From positions 115,942,001 to 116,006,000 of the forward strand of contig CM059431.1 in the NCBI GenBank assembly GCA_030390025.1: DNA of 64,000 nucleotides, in the 5' to 3' direction. The notes beneath the pieces are model-generated. The model was given only the letters and a program-made list of their open reading frames with translations. It did not search any database and was not told the origin of the DNA. This document shows, piece by piece, positions 46,786-60,489 of this stretch. The DNA comes from Squalus acanthias. Its lineage: Eukaryota. The number at the start of each line of letters is the position of its first letter. Position 1 is the first letter of the stretch. The position numbers were made by a program, and so were the translations under genes.

Positions 46786-48623
46786 ACATAGAAACATAGA
46801 AAAATAGGAGCAGGAGTAGGCCATTCGGCCCTTCAAGCCTGCTCCGCCATTCAATATGATCATGGCTGATTCTCTATCTCAATACCATATTCCCGCTCTC
46901 TCCCCATACCCCACGATGCCTTTTGTGTCTAGAAATCTATCTATCTCCTTCTTAAATATATTCAGTGACTTGGCCTCCACAGCCTTTTGTGGTAGAGAAT
47001 TCCACAGGTTCAACACCCTCTGAGTGAAGAAATTTCTCCTCATCTCAGTCCTAAATGTCCTACCCCGTTTCCTGAGACTGTGGCCCCTCGTTCTAGACTC
47101 CCCAGCCAGGGGAAACATCCTCCCTGTATCCAGTCTGTCTAGCCCTGTCAGAATTTTATACGTTTCAATGAGATCCCCTCTCATTCTTCTAAACTCTAGT
47201 CAATACAAGCCTAGTCGACCCAATCTCTCCTCATACGACAGTCCTGCCATCCCAGGAATCAGTCTGGTGAACCTGCGCTGCACTCCCTCTATGGCAAGTA
47301 TATCCTTTCTTAGGTAAGGAGACCAAAACTGCACACAGTACTCCAGGTGTGGTCTCACCAAGGCCCTGTACAGCTGTAGCAAGACATCCTTGCTCCTGTA
47401 CTCAAATCCTCATGCAATGAAGGCCAACATACAATTTGCCTTCCTAACTGCTTGCTGCACTTGCATGTTTTCTTTCAGTGACTGGTGTACAAGGACACCC
47501 AGGTCCCTTTGTACATCAGCATTTCCCAATCTAGCACCATTTAAATAATACTCTGCCTTTCTGTTTTTCCTACCGAAATGGATAACTTCACATTTATCCA
47601 CGTTATACTGCATCTGCAATGTATTTGCCAACTCACTCAACTTGTCTAAATCGCCTTGAAGCCTCTTTGCATCCTCCTCACAAACTTACAATCCCACCTA
47701 GTTTTGTGTCATCAGCAAACTTGGAAATATTACATTTGGTTCCCTCATCCAAATCATTGATATATATTGTGAATAGCTGGGGCACAAGCACTGATCCCTG
47801 TGGTACCCCACTAGTCACCGCCTGCCACCCCGAAAAAGACCAATTTTTTCCTACTCTCTGTTTCCTGTCTGTTAACCAATTTTCAATCAATGCCAGTATA
47901 TTACCCCCAATCCCATGAGTTTTAATTTTACACACTAACTTCTTATATGGGACTTTATCAAAGGCCTTCTGAAAATCCAAATACACCACATCCACTGGTT
48001 CTCCCTTATCTATTCTACCAGTTACATCCTCAAAAAACTCCAGTAGGTTTGTCAAACACGATTTCCCTTTCATAAATCCATGCTGACTTTGTCTAATCCC
48101 ATTGATATTTTCTAAGTGTCCTGTTATCACATCCTTTATAATAGACTCTAGCATTTTCCCTACTACTGATGTTAGGCTAACTGGTCTGTAGTTCCCTGTT
48201 TTCTCTCCCCCTCCTTTTTTAAATAGTGGGGTTACATTTGCCACCCTCCAATCTGCAGGAACTGTTCCATAATCTATAGAATTTTGGAAGATGACAACCA
48301 ATGCATCCACTATTTCCATGGCTACCTCTTTTAGTACTCTGGGATGCAGATTGTCAGGCCCTGGGGATTTATCAGCTTTCAGTCCCATTAATTTCTCCAG
48401 CACTATTTTTTTACTAATACTAATTTTCTTTAATTCCTCCTTCTTACTAAACCCTTGGTTCCCTAGCATTTCTGGGAAGTTATTTATGTCCTCTTCTGTG
48501 AAGACAGAACTATAGTATTTGTTTAATTGCTCTGCCATTTCCTTGTTACCCATGATAAATTCTCCCGTTTCTGACTGCAAGGGACCTACATTTGTCTTCA
48601 CTAATCTGTTTCTTTTTACATAC
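46786..48623 (-). mobile_element. 5'-truncated CR1 (RT plus 3' end), few disablements
   Basis: ORFs 47678-48655, 47410-47640, 47200-47382 and 46879-47184 resemble ORF2 of the 2565 element; (ttctatgt)n-like tail. Confidence 0.93.
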
Positions 48624-48844
48624 TTAACGCTTAAGTTAACAACCCTTCCTAACACCGACTCAGCTGAACAAAAGTAAACAAGTCATTGCTGAGGATTTCG
48701 AGCGCTACTTAAATCCATGCTCAGCTTTCAATGTTTACTTGCTGAATGAGATCGACTGACTACATTGCGTTTGAAGAGGACTTTTGAGACACATTGGGAG
48801 ACTTTCTGGGACTCTTTGTCAAAACTTCACCAACACTCTCAATG

Positions 48845-49975
48845 CACAGAAACAGGCCATTCGGCCCAACCAGTCCATGCCGGCATTTATGCGCCACATG
48901 AGCCTTCTCCCGTCTTTCCTCATCTAAATCTATCAGCATAACCCTCTATTCCCTTTTCCCTCATATGCTTGTCTAGCCTCCCCTTAAATGCATCTATACT
49001 ATTCGCTTCAACCACTCCCTGTGGTAGCGAGTTCCACATTCTCATCACTCTCTGGGTAAAGAAGTTTCTTCTGAATTTTCTATTTGATTTATTGGTGACT
49101 ATCTTATATTGATGGCCTCTAGTTTTGCTCTTCCCCACAAGTGGAAACACTCTCTCTGTATCTACTCTATCAAAACATCTCATAATTTTAAAAACCTCTA
49201 TTAGGTCACCCCTCAGTCTTCTTTTTTCAAGAGAAAAGAGACCCAGCCTGTTCATCCTTTCCTGATATGTATACCCTCGCATTTCTGGTATCATCCTTGT
49301 AAATCTACCCTGCACCCTCTCCAGTGCCTCTATATCCTTTTTATAATATGGCGACCAGAACTGTATGCAGTACTCTAAGTGTGGTCTAACTAAGGTTCGA
49401 TACAGGTTTAGCATAACTTCCCTACTTTATAATTCTATACCTCTAGAAATAAACCCTAGTACTTGGTTTGCTTTTTTTATGACCTTGCTAACCTGTGTCG
49501 CAACTTTTAGTGATTTGTGTATTTGTACTCCGAGATCCCTTTGTTCCTCTACCCCACCTAGACTCGCACCCTCCAAGTAATAAGTGACCTCCCTATTTTT
49601 CCTAGCAAAATGTAATACCTCACATTTATCTGTGTTGAACTTAATTTGCCAATTATATGCCCATTCTGCAAGTTTATTAATGTCCTCCTGTAATTTGTTG
49701 CAGTACTCCTCAGTATTGACTATCCCCCCCAATTTGGGGTCATCTGCAAATTTAGAAATTGTGTTTTTGATTCCAAAGTCTAAATCGTTAATGTAAATTG
49801 TGAACAGCAGTGGTCCCAGCACTGATCCTTGTGGATAAATTACATCTACTGCATTACCCTTGTCTACTCTCTCTGTTACCTCTTAAAAAAATTAAATAAG
49901 GTTGGTCAAGCAAGACTTTCCCTTTTGAAATCCATGCTGACTATTCATTACTATATTTTTGGTTTCTAGATGTTC
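48845..49975 (-). mobile_element. 5'-truncated CR1 of a second subfamily, with internal deletion
   Basis: [12 protein letters not shown]...FADDPKLGG; YRTLVRPHLEYCIQFWSP...; same subfamily as 6215-7385. Confidence 0.9.
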
Positions 49976-49984
49976 TTCTATATT

Positions 49985-51021
49985 CACCCAGGGTATTCAG
50001 AGAGCAATACTCCTACATTCACATGACCCTAAACCAGTGCATAAGGAGGCTGCGCTTTACCAAGCAGTTTATTACAGAGATCTGTGGCCTCGTGGAAGGA
50101 AGACTCAACCATCGAAGCACAGCCAGGACCGCATTACCTGTGTTGTCAAGGTCACAGTAGCACTTAACCTTTATGCTACTGGAACCTTCCAGGCTGCCAC
50201 AGGTGATATAAGTCACATCTCACAATCCTCTGCGCACTTCTGCATAAGGGAGGTCTCTGCGGGTCTTTACATTCTGAGCAATGACTAAATTTCATTCCCT
50301 ATTGCCAGAGAAGACCAGAGGTCGAGAGCACTAGGATTCGACAGGATTGCGGGGTGCCCATGGTCCAGGAAGCCATTGACTGTACGCACATGGCCATGTG
50401 AGCCCCTCATTTAAACTCTGAGGTGTTCAGGAACAGGAAGAGATTCCATTCCCTCAGTGTACAGCTTTTCTGTGACCACAGGCAGTGCATGATGCAGTTG
50501 AACAACTGCTATCCAGGGAGCTGCCACGATGTATTTATAATGAGACAGTCATCTGTCCCACAGATCTTTGAGCCCCAGTGCAATGTGCATGGCTGGCTAC
50601 TAGGTGACAAGGGATACCCTCTACTGCCATGGCTCATCACTCCCCTGAGAAACCCCCAGACACCAGCTGAGCACTCATAGAATGAGTGCCACTCAGCCAC
50701 CAGGAATATCATTGAGCAGACCATTGGGATCCTGAAACAAAGGTTTAGATGCCTTAGCCAGTCAGGAGGTGCCCTGCAGTACTCAGCTGAGAAGGTGTCC
50801 ATTTTCGTGGTGACTTGTTGCATGCTCCAAGTCTGGTGATCATGAGAGACCAGCTGTTACCAGCAGCAATTGTGCCAGAGGGTCAAACTCAGGAGCCGCA
50901 ACAGGAGGAGGAGGAGGAGTAAGAGGGGGAGCAGAACCAAGGGGAGCACTAGAGGCTTCCAGGTAGAAGGGCCGCACCTGGGAGGGATGCTCGCCGCCAT
51001 CTAATTGAACAGCGCTTTTGA
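49985..51021 (+). pseudogene. HARBI1-like transposase of copy C, degraded
   Basis: [51 protein letters not shown] and IIEQTIGILKQRFRCL, with stops and frameshifts. Confidence 0.88.
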
Positions 51022-51289
51022 GAGACGTGCTCCACCATCAGACTCCAGAGCACTGTGGTCACATGAGGTACCTTCCACAACTTAGGATCCATCAGGCAGC
51101 CCATCATCTGCACTCACTCCTTTCAACTCCTTCCCCATGAAGATCACAATAAAAAAGACCACCGATTCCACCACTACCCAAGTACCATAATCACTGTTTA
51201 TATACATCAAAATCAAAATACGTAAACATGACAGAACCAACATCACTTACAAATATTAAACTATTCACCCTGGTGCTTACCCTTATTGG

Positions 51290-53126
51290 CAATCTATAAG
51301 TGCTCTTGTGTAATCTAGAGCTTCTACGAAGTGCAACCCCAGTGGCAGCAGCAGGCGAGGTGGATGGCTGCTGAGAATCTGAAGAGGGCAGTTCAGATGT
51401 CCTCCTGGGACACCCTCGAGAGGCTATGGGCCATGATGGCCCCACCTTAGACTGCACCATCTCAATATGGGCTTCAGCAGTCTGGGATACCTGGCTGACA
51501 GGCAACGACAAGGGCAATGGTGGAGTGGCGGGGGAGGGAGCAGCCATGCTGGTATCCGGAGTGAGGCCGGTAGGTTGCTGCTCCATGATTCACATGCCAC
51601 TATCTCGGGGCCTCTGTTCAGCTTCTGTTCAGCCCGCCCAATGATCTGGTGGCGGTCAGATCTGTGGGTATCGGAGACTCTCTGCAAGCCCCTTTCAACC
51701 GAGGAGCCCAGAGCCGCCATGGCAGCTGTCTGAGCTTCCAGTGCAGCACTTGGCTGCTCCATGCAAGCTGCAACGACTGCAGTGGAAGCTGCGACCTCAG
51801 TCATCAAACGCTGCATGATGTTGGGCTCCACAGGTCATTGGCTGGAGGTCACCAGCCTCTCCACGCTGGAGTGGATGGGTTTCAGGCTCTGTGTCAAGCC
51901 ACGGGCCAAGGTCGAGGCGGACTCCACCATCCCCCTAGACACGACCCGTAAGCTTTCAGGAAGGCTGTCCATTGCACCAAGCATTTGGTTTGTCAGACCC
52001 ATCAGCCTTCTTCTGAAGCTTGGCCCTGCGAGGTCCTCATCTGACTCCTCTGCAGTAGAACTAGTGGGCAACCTTGCCCCCCGGCAAGCTGGCACCTGTG
52101 GTGTCCCTTCCACCCGGCGTGGCTGCTGCCCGCTAGTGCCTGCTGCATCCCACTGTGAGGATCCCTCTTCTAAGCTAGCCTTTAAGTTGCGCGTGGTGCC
52201 AGCCTCTGAGCTGGTGACTGCGACACTGGTAGCCAATCACACAGTGCATTTGTCCTCGCTCTCTCCTCCTCCTCTTCCTCCAGGAGGGCGAGGTGGCTGT
52301 TGCTCTTGCTGAACCCGCTCCACGGGACGAGGTTCATCTTGCTCCTGGGAACCTGCAATGATAAAGCTGGAAGGGTTAGGGTGCAGTGCGTGTGGCCACT
52401 ATAGGAGGTGTGTTTGATGAGACCATATAGAGATTGGGAGTGAGGATAGCTTGAATGATTAGAGATCAGGAATAATTCAGCATCTGCAAGGAAGCTGCAG
52501 TGGTCACATACCTCTATGCGAGATACCCCCTGCTCTGACTCTGGCCACAGGGTCTGCCACTCCCCTCCCGATCACGGCCAGCACTGCCTCCTCATGAATT
52601 TGTGCTTCCCCCTCCCCCGGTCAGGTCCTACTACCTCCTGTTATGTGCTAACTTTTCCTGGAAGAGAAAGAGTGGTGATTGTGAATGAGCATATTGGCAG
52701 GTGTATTTGTGTGTGTGCGTGATGCCTCACATGGTTGAAGAGCTGTGAGATGTATCTGAGGTGTGAGTTGTGCCTGTGAAGGGTGCAATAGTGTGGGGTG
52801 TGTGAATGTCAGTGTATAGTTAGATGGTGGATGAAGTGTGATGAGGTTGTGATGCTGGTGGTGGTGGTGCAGTTCTTGAGAAGTGTGTTTGTGAGATGGG
52901 ATCTTACCTTGACTACTTGTGTCAAGTCAATAAATTTCTTGCGGCCAGGGCTCCTGGCTGTGACCTCCCAGGCAATCTCTTCCCACATGCGGCACATCAG
53001 CTGCCTCTGTGTCCTCCTTCCCCCCTGTGGTCAGAGGACATCCCTCCTCCTCTCTAACTCCTCCACCAGGACCTCGAGTGCCACATTGGAGAACCTGGGC
53101 ACCTTCTCACTTGCTCCTTGCGACAT
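51290..53126 (-). pseudogene. Myb/SANT-like gene of copy C, spliced, degraded
   Basis: KVPRFSNVALEVLVEELERRRDVL, WEEIAWEV...RKKFIDLT; donor after 52908; last-exon acceptor at 52352; basic C-terminal tail LRRSSR. Confidence 0.8.
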
Positions 53127-53163
53127 TCTTCCACTCCCAGCCATCGCACGCCACACCTTCCGG

Positions 53164-53712
53164 GGCGAGTGTCTCACCTCTTGACTCCCAAAGCCTTTCC
53201 ACCATCTACAAGGCACAAGTCAGGAGTGTGATGGAATACTCTCCACTTGCCTGGATGAGTGCAGCTCCAACAACACTCAAGAAGCTCGACACCAGCCAAG
53301 ACAAAGCAGCCCGTTTGATTGGCACCCCACCCACCGCCTTAAACATTCACTCCCTCCACCACCGGCGTACCGTGGCTGCAGTGTGTACCATCTGCAAGAT
53401 GCACTGCAGCAACTCGCCAAGGCTTCTTTGGCAGCACCTCTCAAACCCGCGATCTCTACCACCTAGAAGGACAAGGGCAGCAGGCGCATGGGAACACCAT
53501 CACCTCCAATTCATCGCCGTTCCTTCTCTGTCGCTGGGTCAAAATCCTGGAACCCCCTCCCTAACAGCACTGTGAGAGTACCTTCACTACACAGACTGCA
53601 GCGGTTCAAGAAGGCGGCTCACCACCACCACCTTCTCAAGGGCAACTAGGGATGGGCAATAAATGCTGGCCTTGCCAGTGATGCCCAGATCCCATAAGCG
53701 AATAAAGAAAAA
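53164..53712 (+). mobile_element. 5'-truncated RTE-X-like LINE 3' end nested in Harbinger C
   Basis: IYKAQVRSVMEYSPLAWMSAAP; same tail as 14216. Confidence 0.8.
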
Positions 53713-54718
53713 GTTGGTGAGTGCAGGCTACACATACAGCTCCACGAAAATGGCGCCTATTCAGCACTTGATTGCTAAACCTGCAGGTTTCTGGTTAGCG
53801 CCTGCAGGCACGTTCAAATCACGATAATCATCAATTAGCCCGAAAATTACATGCTGATTAGCACAGCACCCATTTAGCGCCTGTTTTCACCCTTTGGCCA
53901 AAATAACCCCTGATGGATAAAAAGCTGAAAAACAGTGTTCACGTTTAAAAGACACTGGTCCTGCATAGCAATAAAATGCAGAGCAAATGATTTTCCTTCT
54001 CAAATACAAAATATGATTTATTAAATTTCCCCGGTGTAGTTATTATCAGTCTTTCTTTCAAAGTAGTAAATTAAGTACGAAGCATCAACAACAATTTGAT
54101 TCCTTGGTTGATTTGTTTTCTTTATTTATGACTGTTCTGTCAAATACCAGCACTTTAGTTCTTTTTTTGGCCAAAAGGTGCATCAAAGTAACAACTGCAA
54201 ATGCAAAATGATATAACTTATTCATGTAAGAGTATTTTAAATTGCAGTGTTTTTGTGTGAGACAGAAATCCATTGCTATCAATTTGCTGGCATTTGCCAC
54301 TAAGATCACTAACGATGCTCTTTCTTCAAAACTGTTTTTAATCTTCAGCCAATTTTTCTTGCATGACTTGTAAGCTAGCACTGGATAAAAAAAAAAGTTT
54401 TAAATAAAACCATTTCAGGAATTAAACTAATTATCAAAAAAACCCCACCTTTTTTCACTCTCTAAAGAATAACCTCAAGCATTCAGATCAGCCCAAAGAG
54501 TTTATATAAAGCTACACTTATAGATCCCTGCAAGCTAAGTGATTTGATTTAAAATGATAATGTCCTAAGGTTAATGTAAAAATGGCAAGAAATGTAAAAA
54601 GATAAGCTCTGTAATTCTGCCTGTGCAGTGGCAGTATAATAATTACACAGCACTGGAGCAATCTCTTCAAGCTGCAGTTTATGTGGGAACTAATTTGTTT
54701 TCTTCTACACAATACTAT

Positions 54719-54903
54719 AGGGTAGATTCCATCTTTGTCGCCTGAGCAGTTAAGCTGGAAGGGTGGGTCGGCCATTCGTCATAAAACCCCGCCCCCGAGT
54801 TCATACCAAAAGCATAAGAATGAAAATTGGGTGGGTCCCATAAAGCACGGGCGATCAGCTCCCCTAGATTACCACCCAGGCAGTGAAAACAAAATTCTAC
54901 CCC
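54719..54903. mobile_element. Short Harbinger-type MITE
   Basis: tat|agggtagatt ... aattctacccc|tat, a 3-bp TSD. Confidence 0.65.
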
Positions 54904-57165
54904 TATATTTTGTGCAGACAAGATACTGCTAGTAAGAAAGGGTAAATGATGTCGGGAAATTGTTTTATATATTGTAAATATATAAACACCAAGCTTGGAA
55001 GAGGAGTCAACACTCCTTAGATTGCTAAACCCCACTGTTGCTGTTCCTTTTGCACATCATGCTCTCAGATATAGTTAACCTTCAGGATCCATTCTCTGGC
55101 ACCATTTCCTGTGGAACTGCCTGCACTATGTTTTGTGCAGGTAGCGCGATACTGTCACTTTGTTTTACTTGACACAAGAAGAGCAGACATTATTTGAATA
55201 AGATTTACAATGGATTACACTACTGGAGCTGCTGGTCAGTGGTGTTTGCATCTTTGTGGCACTCTTTTTGAAAGAGGTGCAAATCAAACAGATGTACGAT
55301 GATATTAATACATAGAAATGGGCAGACTGTCAACAAACCAGCAAACAAAATATTTCAAAGATAAATTCATCGCAACTAAGCTGTATTCGAAACATCTGAA
55401 AAAATGGGCTGAGAGGATCGATCTTTAATCATGAAGAGGTCTTCCAAGTGAAGACTGAAATCCTCTCACAACCAAAACCGATGTCATGACAGGTCAACAG
55501 CATAATAATTACTTTATTTTCTATAGTAATTTACCGATTTATTCCAAGTGTAGAATTTAGCGGTAATTAAATGAAAATTATATCTCGCTAAACTTTCTAT
55601 CAAACTTGTTAATCCTTCAATGTGGACGCGACTCTACAGCAGTGACATGGAGCATGCTGGTCACCTTCGGCCACATTGGAAGCTTCGACTGGATAACAGA
55701 GAATACCAAAAACTGACTAAACAATCCCATGTAATTTGCAGTTAATCGTATAAAATTAGTGAATAAAGTGGGGTGCTTTATGACTTCAATGTCATCTCAA
55801 TATTCAGGTAACAGTTATCAATTATTTGGGCTTTGTGAAATCTGAAATTCGTGATCATATTCCCTTCATTGAGAAATAAAACTGAGGGTTGGTTTGCTTG
55901 CTCAGATTGGTGTGAAAGACCCCATGGCATCCATTCACGGATGCTGAGAGAGTTCTGCCAGAGTTCTAGCTAATATATCTGCCTCAACAACACCACCAAT
56001 ATAGCCTATCCAGACCTGAGCCCATTACTTCTATCTTTTTTTTTTCTCTCTGGATCCGTCTTGGGCCCTTCCTTCCTGCCTCCTCACGGGGTGCTACCGG
56101 GGCGATGCGAACGGCGATGGCGTCACGATCTCCGGGCGAAGGAGATCAGGGCGCAACGCCATACCACCGCCGCAAACCTCCCGCCGAATATCGCGGGAGT
56201 CGATCTTCTCGCCGCGCCCAGTCGGTAAGTGATTACCACCCCGTTATCAAACCCCCCACCCTGGAGATGATAACGGGAGGCGCAAAAGTACCCAATTTCT
56301 CCCCCCTGATCTTTAAATATTTCAGGAGAGGTCAACGGCCAAAGGAAAACTTCCTTCCTTATTCAGCAATAACTATATTCTACCACTAGATGTCATGAGC
56401 GGACAGCCAGCGAACACAGCTAACAAGGTACAATCACAGAAATGTGATATACATAATGCATGGGTTATACCTCTAGAATATCAAGGACAGCAAACTGACA
56501 TAATGCATGCCTTTCTACAATCAATCTTTATTCTCTTATTAGATTAACAATTTAGTTATTCCATACTCACGGAGATCTGTGATAAAAACTTTAATAACCA
56601 AAGGTCAAGACCTAGAGATGTACCACTTCTGCATGGGAGGATACAATTATATTCCTTCAAATGTTTTTCATTTTGAGCATAATCTCCCTAAAGGTAGCAT
56701 GATATTCCCACAACGGTGATGTTTTTTCACGCTTAAAAGAGCCTTATGTCCATATAAAATAAATAGATTCATGATACTGAAGGAAGGGCAAAAGGATACA
56801 ACAGACCTTTTCCTTTTTTTGTGTGTGTGCACAATGTATGTACCTTGAAATGGGAGAAAAAACTCGGAAAGGACAGGTTTTTTGCAAAGTGCAATTAGCG
56901 GGGTTTAACAGTGCATATATTTCATGGCAGCTACCATGTTATAATGTGCAATTAGCATATCTGCCTTGTTATGTCGTCTTGTCAATAGGAGCACCTTAAT
57001 GATGTGTTGCTGCAGCATTCTCTAACTGTGCTGGAGATCTAGCAAACTTCTAGCACTAGTTTATACTCATTACTGCCTCAGCTGATCGTTTTTTCTTCTC
57101 CCTGTTCTTACATAAAAGGGAGATGAAGTGAAACAAGTACAAAAGCAAATTATTGAGGGTCATTA

Positions 57166-57410
57166 GAACATAAGGACTAGGAGTAGGAGTAGGAGTAGGA
57201 GTAGGAGTAGGAGTAGGCCTAGGCCTAGGCCTAGGCCTAGGCCTGTTTCGCCATTCAATAAGATCATGGCTGATCTTTTACCTCAACTCCACTTTCTCGC
57301 CCGATCCCCATATTCCTTGATTCCCCTAGAGTCCAAAAATCTATCGATCTCAGTCTTGAATATACTCAACGACTGAGCATCCACAGCCCTCTTGGGTAGA
57401 GACGTCCAAT
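57166..57410 (-). mobile_element. CR1 3' fragment with (GGAGTA)n(GGCCTA)n expansion
   Basis: CR1 3' UTR in which aggagtaggcc is expanded into two adjacent hexamer runs (~57178-57245). Confidence 0.85.
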
Positions 57411-57666
57411 CTACAATTTTCCAATATCCTGAGTGCAAAGTAAAAGCAAATCCACTTATATTCCATTCCTAGGAGCACTTTGGGCTAGGAATGGTCATTT
57501 TGACAGTCATTAGTTTGTAGTATTTATTCTGAGATTGGGCAAAAAAGAGAATCTCTCTCTCTCACCCACTCACATATAGACATCTGTTTGCTGAAACTAG
57601 TCTTTTATTTCTCTCCTTCTGTCTGTCTCCCTGTACCTCATTTATCAACACACACTCTGAAATATT

Positions 57667-58634
57667 AGCTTGGATTTTCCTCTGATATCCCACCCAAATT
57701 GGGCAGGATAGTGGCTGAAACTGGGAGCAAAATTGAGCGCAAGACCTACTGCTTAGCTCCCTGCTTCGACCTTAATATCCCTCCCCCTGCCCCCGCCGAG
57801 ACTGCCACTGATAAATGTCGGCAGGGTAGCGGGCCTAGATCCCTGGTCCATTTCCCTCTCATCCACACCTTTTACCACCACTCCTGGAACCAACCAGGTG
57901 GAGCCCCTGAAGTAGTGGCGGGAAGATCCTGCCTCTGTTGGAGGGAGAGGATCTACAAGTTGTCTTCGTCCCTCCATTTTGGCTCAATCATTTACCTTTC
58001 GCCTCTTTGGCTTCCCACCTGCTGTGGTGCTGCAATGGCGATCCCACTACAGTAGCGCATGGAATGGTAGCAGTTGTGTTATTGGACTGGTTATCTAGAG
58101 GCCTGGACTAATAATTCAGTAAATATGGCAGTTTGTGAATTTTAATTCAGTTTTTTTAAAAATATTCTGGAAATAAAAATCTGGAATCAGTAAAAGTGAT
58201 CATGAAGCTTTCAGATTGTTGTAAGAACCCAACTGGTTCCTAATGTCCTTTAGGGAGAGAAACTAGCCCTCCTTATCCAGCCAGGCCTATATGTGACTCC
58301 AGTCCCATGCCAATGCTGTTGAGTTTTAATTGCCCAATGAAGTGACCTAGCTAGCCACTCAGTTGTATCAATCTGCTACAAAAAGAATAACATGTAGTGG
58401 CTCAAGAAGAAGGCCCACCACCACCTTTCTCAGGGTAACTAGGGATGGGCAATAAATGCTGCCTTGCCAGCAAAGCCCACATCCCGAGAATGAATTTAAA
58501 AAAATACCTTAGGGCCAGGAGGCCACCATGAATATATAATTATCCCCCAACCCAAGAAACTGGGTCCAGCATCATAATGGTGGGAAGATGTGATGCACTG
58601 TCCCTATAGGGAGCGACTAATGAAAATTCAGCCC
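57667..58634. mobile_element. Degraded Harbinger-type MITE containing a SINE-like insert (~58055-58505) with an RTE-X-like tail
   Basis: Termini agcttggatttt / aaaattcagccc. The insert ends in the gggcaataaatgctg...cccacatccc tail shared with 14216, 37946 and 53164, but lacks RT sequence. Confidence 0.55.
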
Positions 58635-58715
58635 ATCATATCAGTTTAGTGTTACCGTTGTCAATTTTCAGTTCAGGACTGAAATAAATGAGAGGTGAAT
58701 GGCAATAAATCAGAT

Positions 58716-59650
58716 AGGAACATAGGAGCATAGGAACAGGAGTAGGCCATTCAGCTCCTCAAGCCTGCTCCGCCATTCAATGAGATCATGGCTGATCTGC
58801 GACCTAACTCCATATACCCACCTTTGGCCCATATCTCTTAATACCTTTGGTTAACAAAAAGTTATCAATCTCAGATTTAAAATTAACAATTGATCAAGCA
58901 TCAATTACCATTTGTGGAAGAGAGTTCCAAACTTCTAAAAGAAAAAAGAAAGACTTGCATTTATATAGCGCCTTTCATGACCACCGGACGTCTCAAAGCG
59001 CTTTACAACCAATGAAGTACTTTTTGAAGTGTAGTCACTGTTGTGATGTGGGAAACACGGCAGCCAATTTGCGCACAACAAGCTCCCACAAACAGCAATG
59101 TGATAATGACCAGATAATCTGTTTTTGTTATGTTGATTGAGGGATAAATATTGGCCAGGACACCGGGGATAACTCCCCTGCTCTTCTTCGAAAATAGTGC
59201 CATGGGATCTTTTACGTCCACCTGAGAGAGCAGACGGGGCCTCGGTTTAACGTCTCATCTGAAAGACGGCACCTCTGACAGTGCAGCAATCCCTCAGTAC
59301 TGCCCTGGAGTGTCAGCCTAGCTTTATGTGCTCAAGTCCCTGGAGTGGGACTTGAACCCACAACCTTCTGACTCAAGTGTGCTACCAACTGAGCCACAGC
59401 TGACACTACCACCCTTTGTGTGTAGAAGTGTTTCCTAACTTCACTCCTGAAAGGCCTGGCTCTAATTTTTAGACTATGTCCCCTAGTCCTAGACTCTCCA
59501 GCCAGCGGAAATAGTTTCTCTCTAACTACCCTGTCTGTTTACCTTAATATCTTGAAAACTTCGATCAAATCACCCATTAACCATCTATATTCCAGGGAAT
59601 ACAACCCTAGTTTGTGTAATCTCTCCTCGTAATTTAACCCTTGGTGTCCA
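58716..59650 (-). mobile_element. CR1 3' fragment interrupted by a DeuSINE and abutting Harbinger D
   Basis: GLNYEERLHKLGLYSLEYRWLMGDLIEVFKIL; 3' UTR at 58716-58830. Confidence 0.85.
58937..59406 (-). mobile_element. tRNA-derived DeuSINE (SacSINE1-like)
   Basis: Minus strand has A box tggctcagttgg, B box ggttcaagtcc, Deu-domain gacgttaaaccgaggccccgtctg...taaaagatcccatggcact and L2-like tail ggcgctatataaatgcaagtcttt. Confidence 0.88.
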
Positions 59651-60185
59651 GAGCCGGAATTTTCCCATTGGACAGCGGGCGGATTTGGGTGCGGGTCGGC
59701 GGTTAAAAGTGCAGAAACTGACTGAATCGGGAACCCGCCACCATCCCGCCGAACTCCGCCTTTAACTCGGGCGCGTTTTGAAGCGCGCCACGGACTCACT
59801 CGGGAGAGGTGGGCGACCTCATTGAGGTACTTAACTGCTCATTTATAGACCCTTAACTGCCTTTTTAACCTCAGGTTTGGGCTTTAACTTGTTGCACACC
59901 TCAGGAGCCTCGCCTGTGAAGAGGAGGCGGAAGCTCAGTGGCCATTGTGTAAGTCCATTAAGTGACAGCTGAAAAAAGCACATAAATACTCACACATTAC
60001 ACCTGCTTACTTGACTAAGAGAAAGGCTCTGGCTGACACCATTCTGTGCAGGGATTTAGCATTCAGGAGTTTGCAGGTCATTTCTGCAACCTCGGAAACC
60101 ACTCTCACTACATTGCTAGTCACTCTCGGTACATTGGAGGATTGTGCCTCTGATCTCCACTTTACCTGGCATCTATTAGATCAGC

Positions 60186-60289
60186 ATGGGTGCCGCTTAT
60201 GCTGTCTCAACTTGGACCTCAGAATTGGACCAAGTTAAGCCCCAGCACCAAAAAACCAACCACACCAGCAGCCGCAGCAACAACACCAG

Positions 60290-60321
<32 letters not shown>

Positions 60322-60331
60322 ACAACACCAG

Positions 60332-60363
<32 letters not shown>

Positions 60364-60395
60364 ACAACACCAGCAGCAGCAGCAACCACACCAGT

Positions 60396-60426
<31 letters not shown>

Positions 60427-60458
60427 ACAACACCAGCAGCAGCAGCAACCACACCAGT

Positions 60459-60489
<31 letters not shown>

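Larger units (their letters stand above)
46558..53910. mobile_element. PIF/Harbinger copy C with both termini, carrying three nested LINE fragments
   Basis: TIR ggggctattctggcc (46558) / ggccaaaataacccc (53910), both flanked by tgat. Transposase on +, Myb gene on -. Confidence 0.8.
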
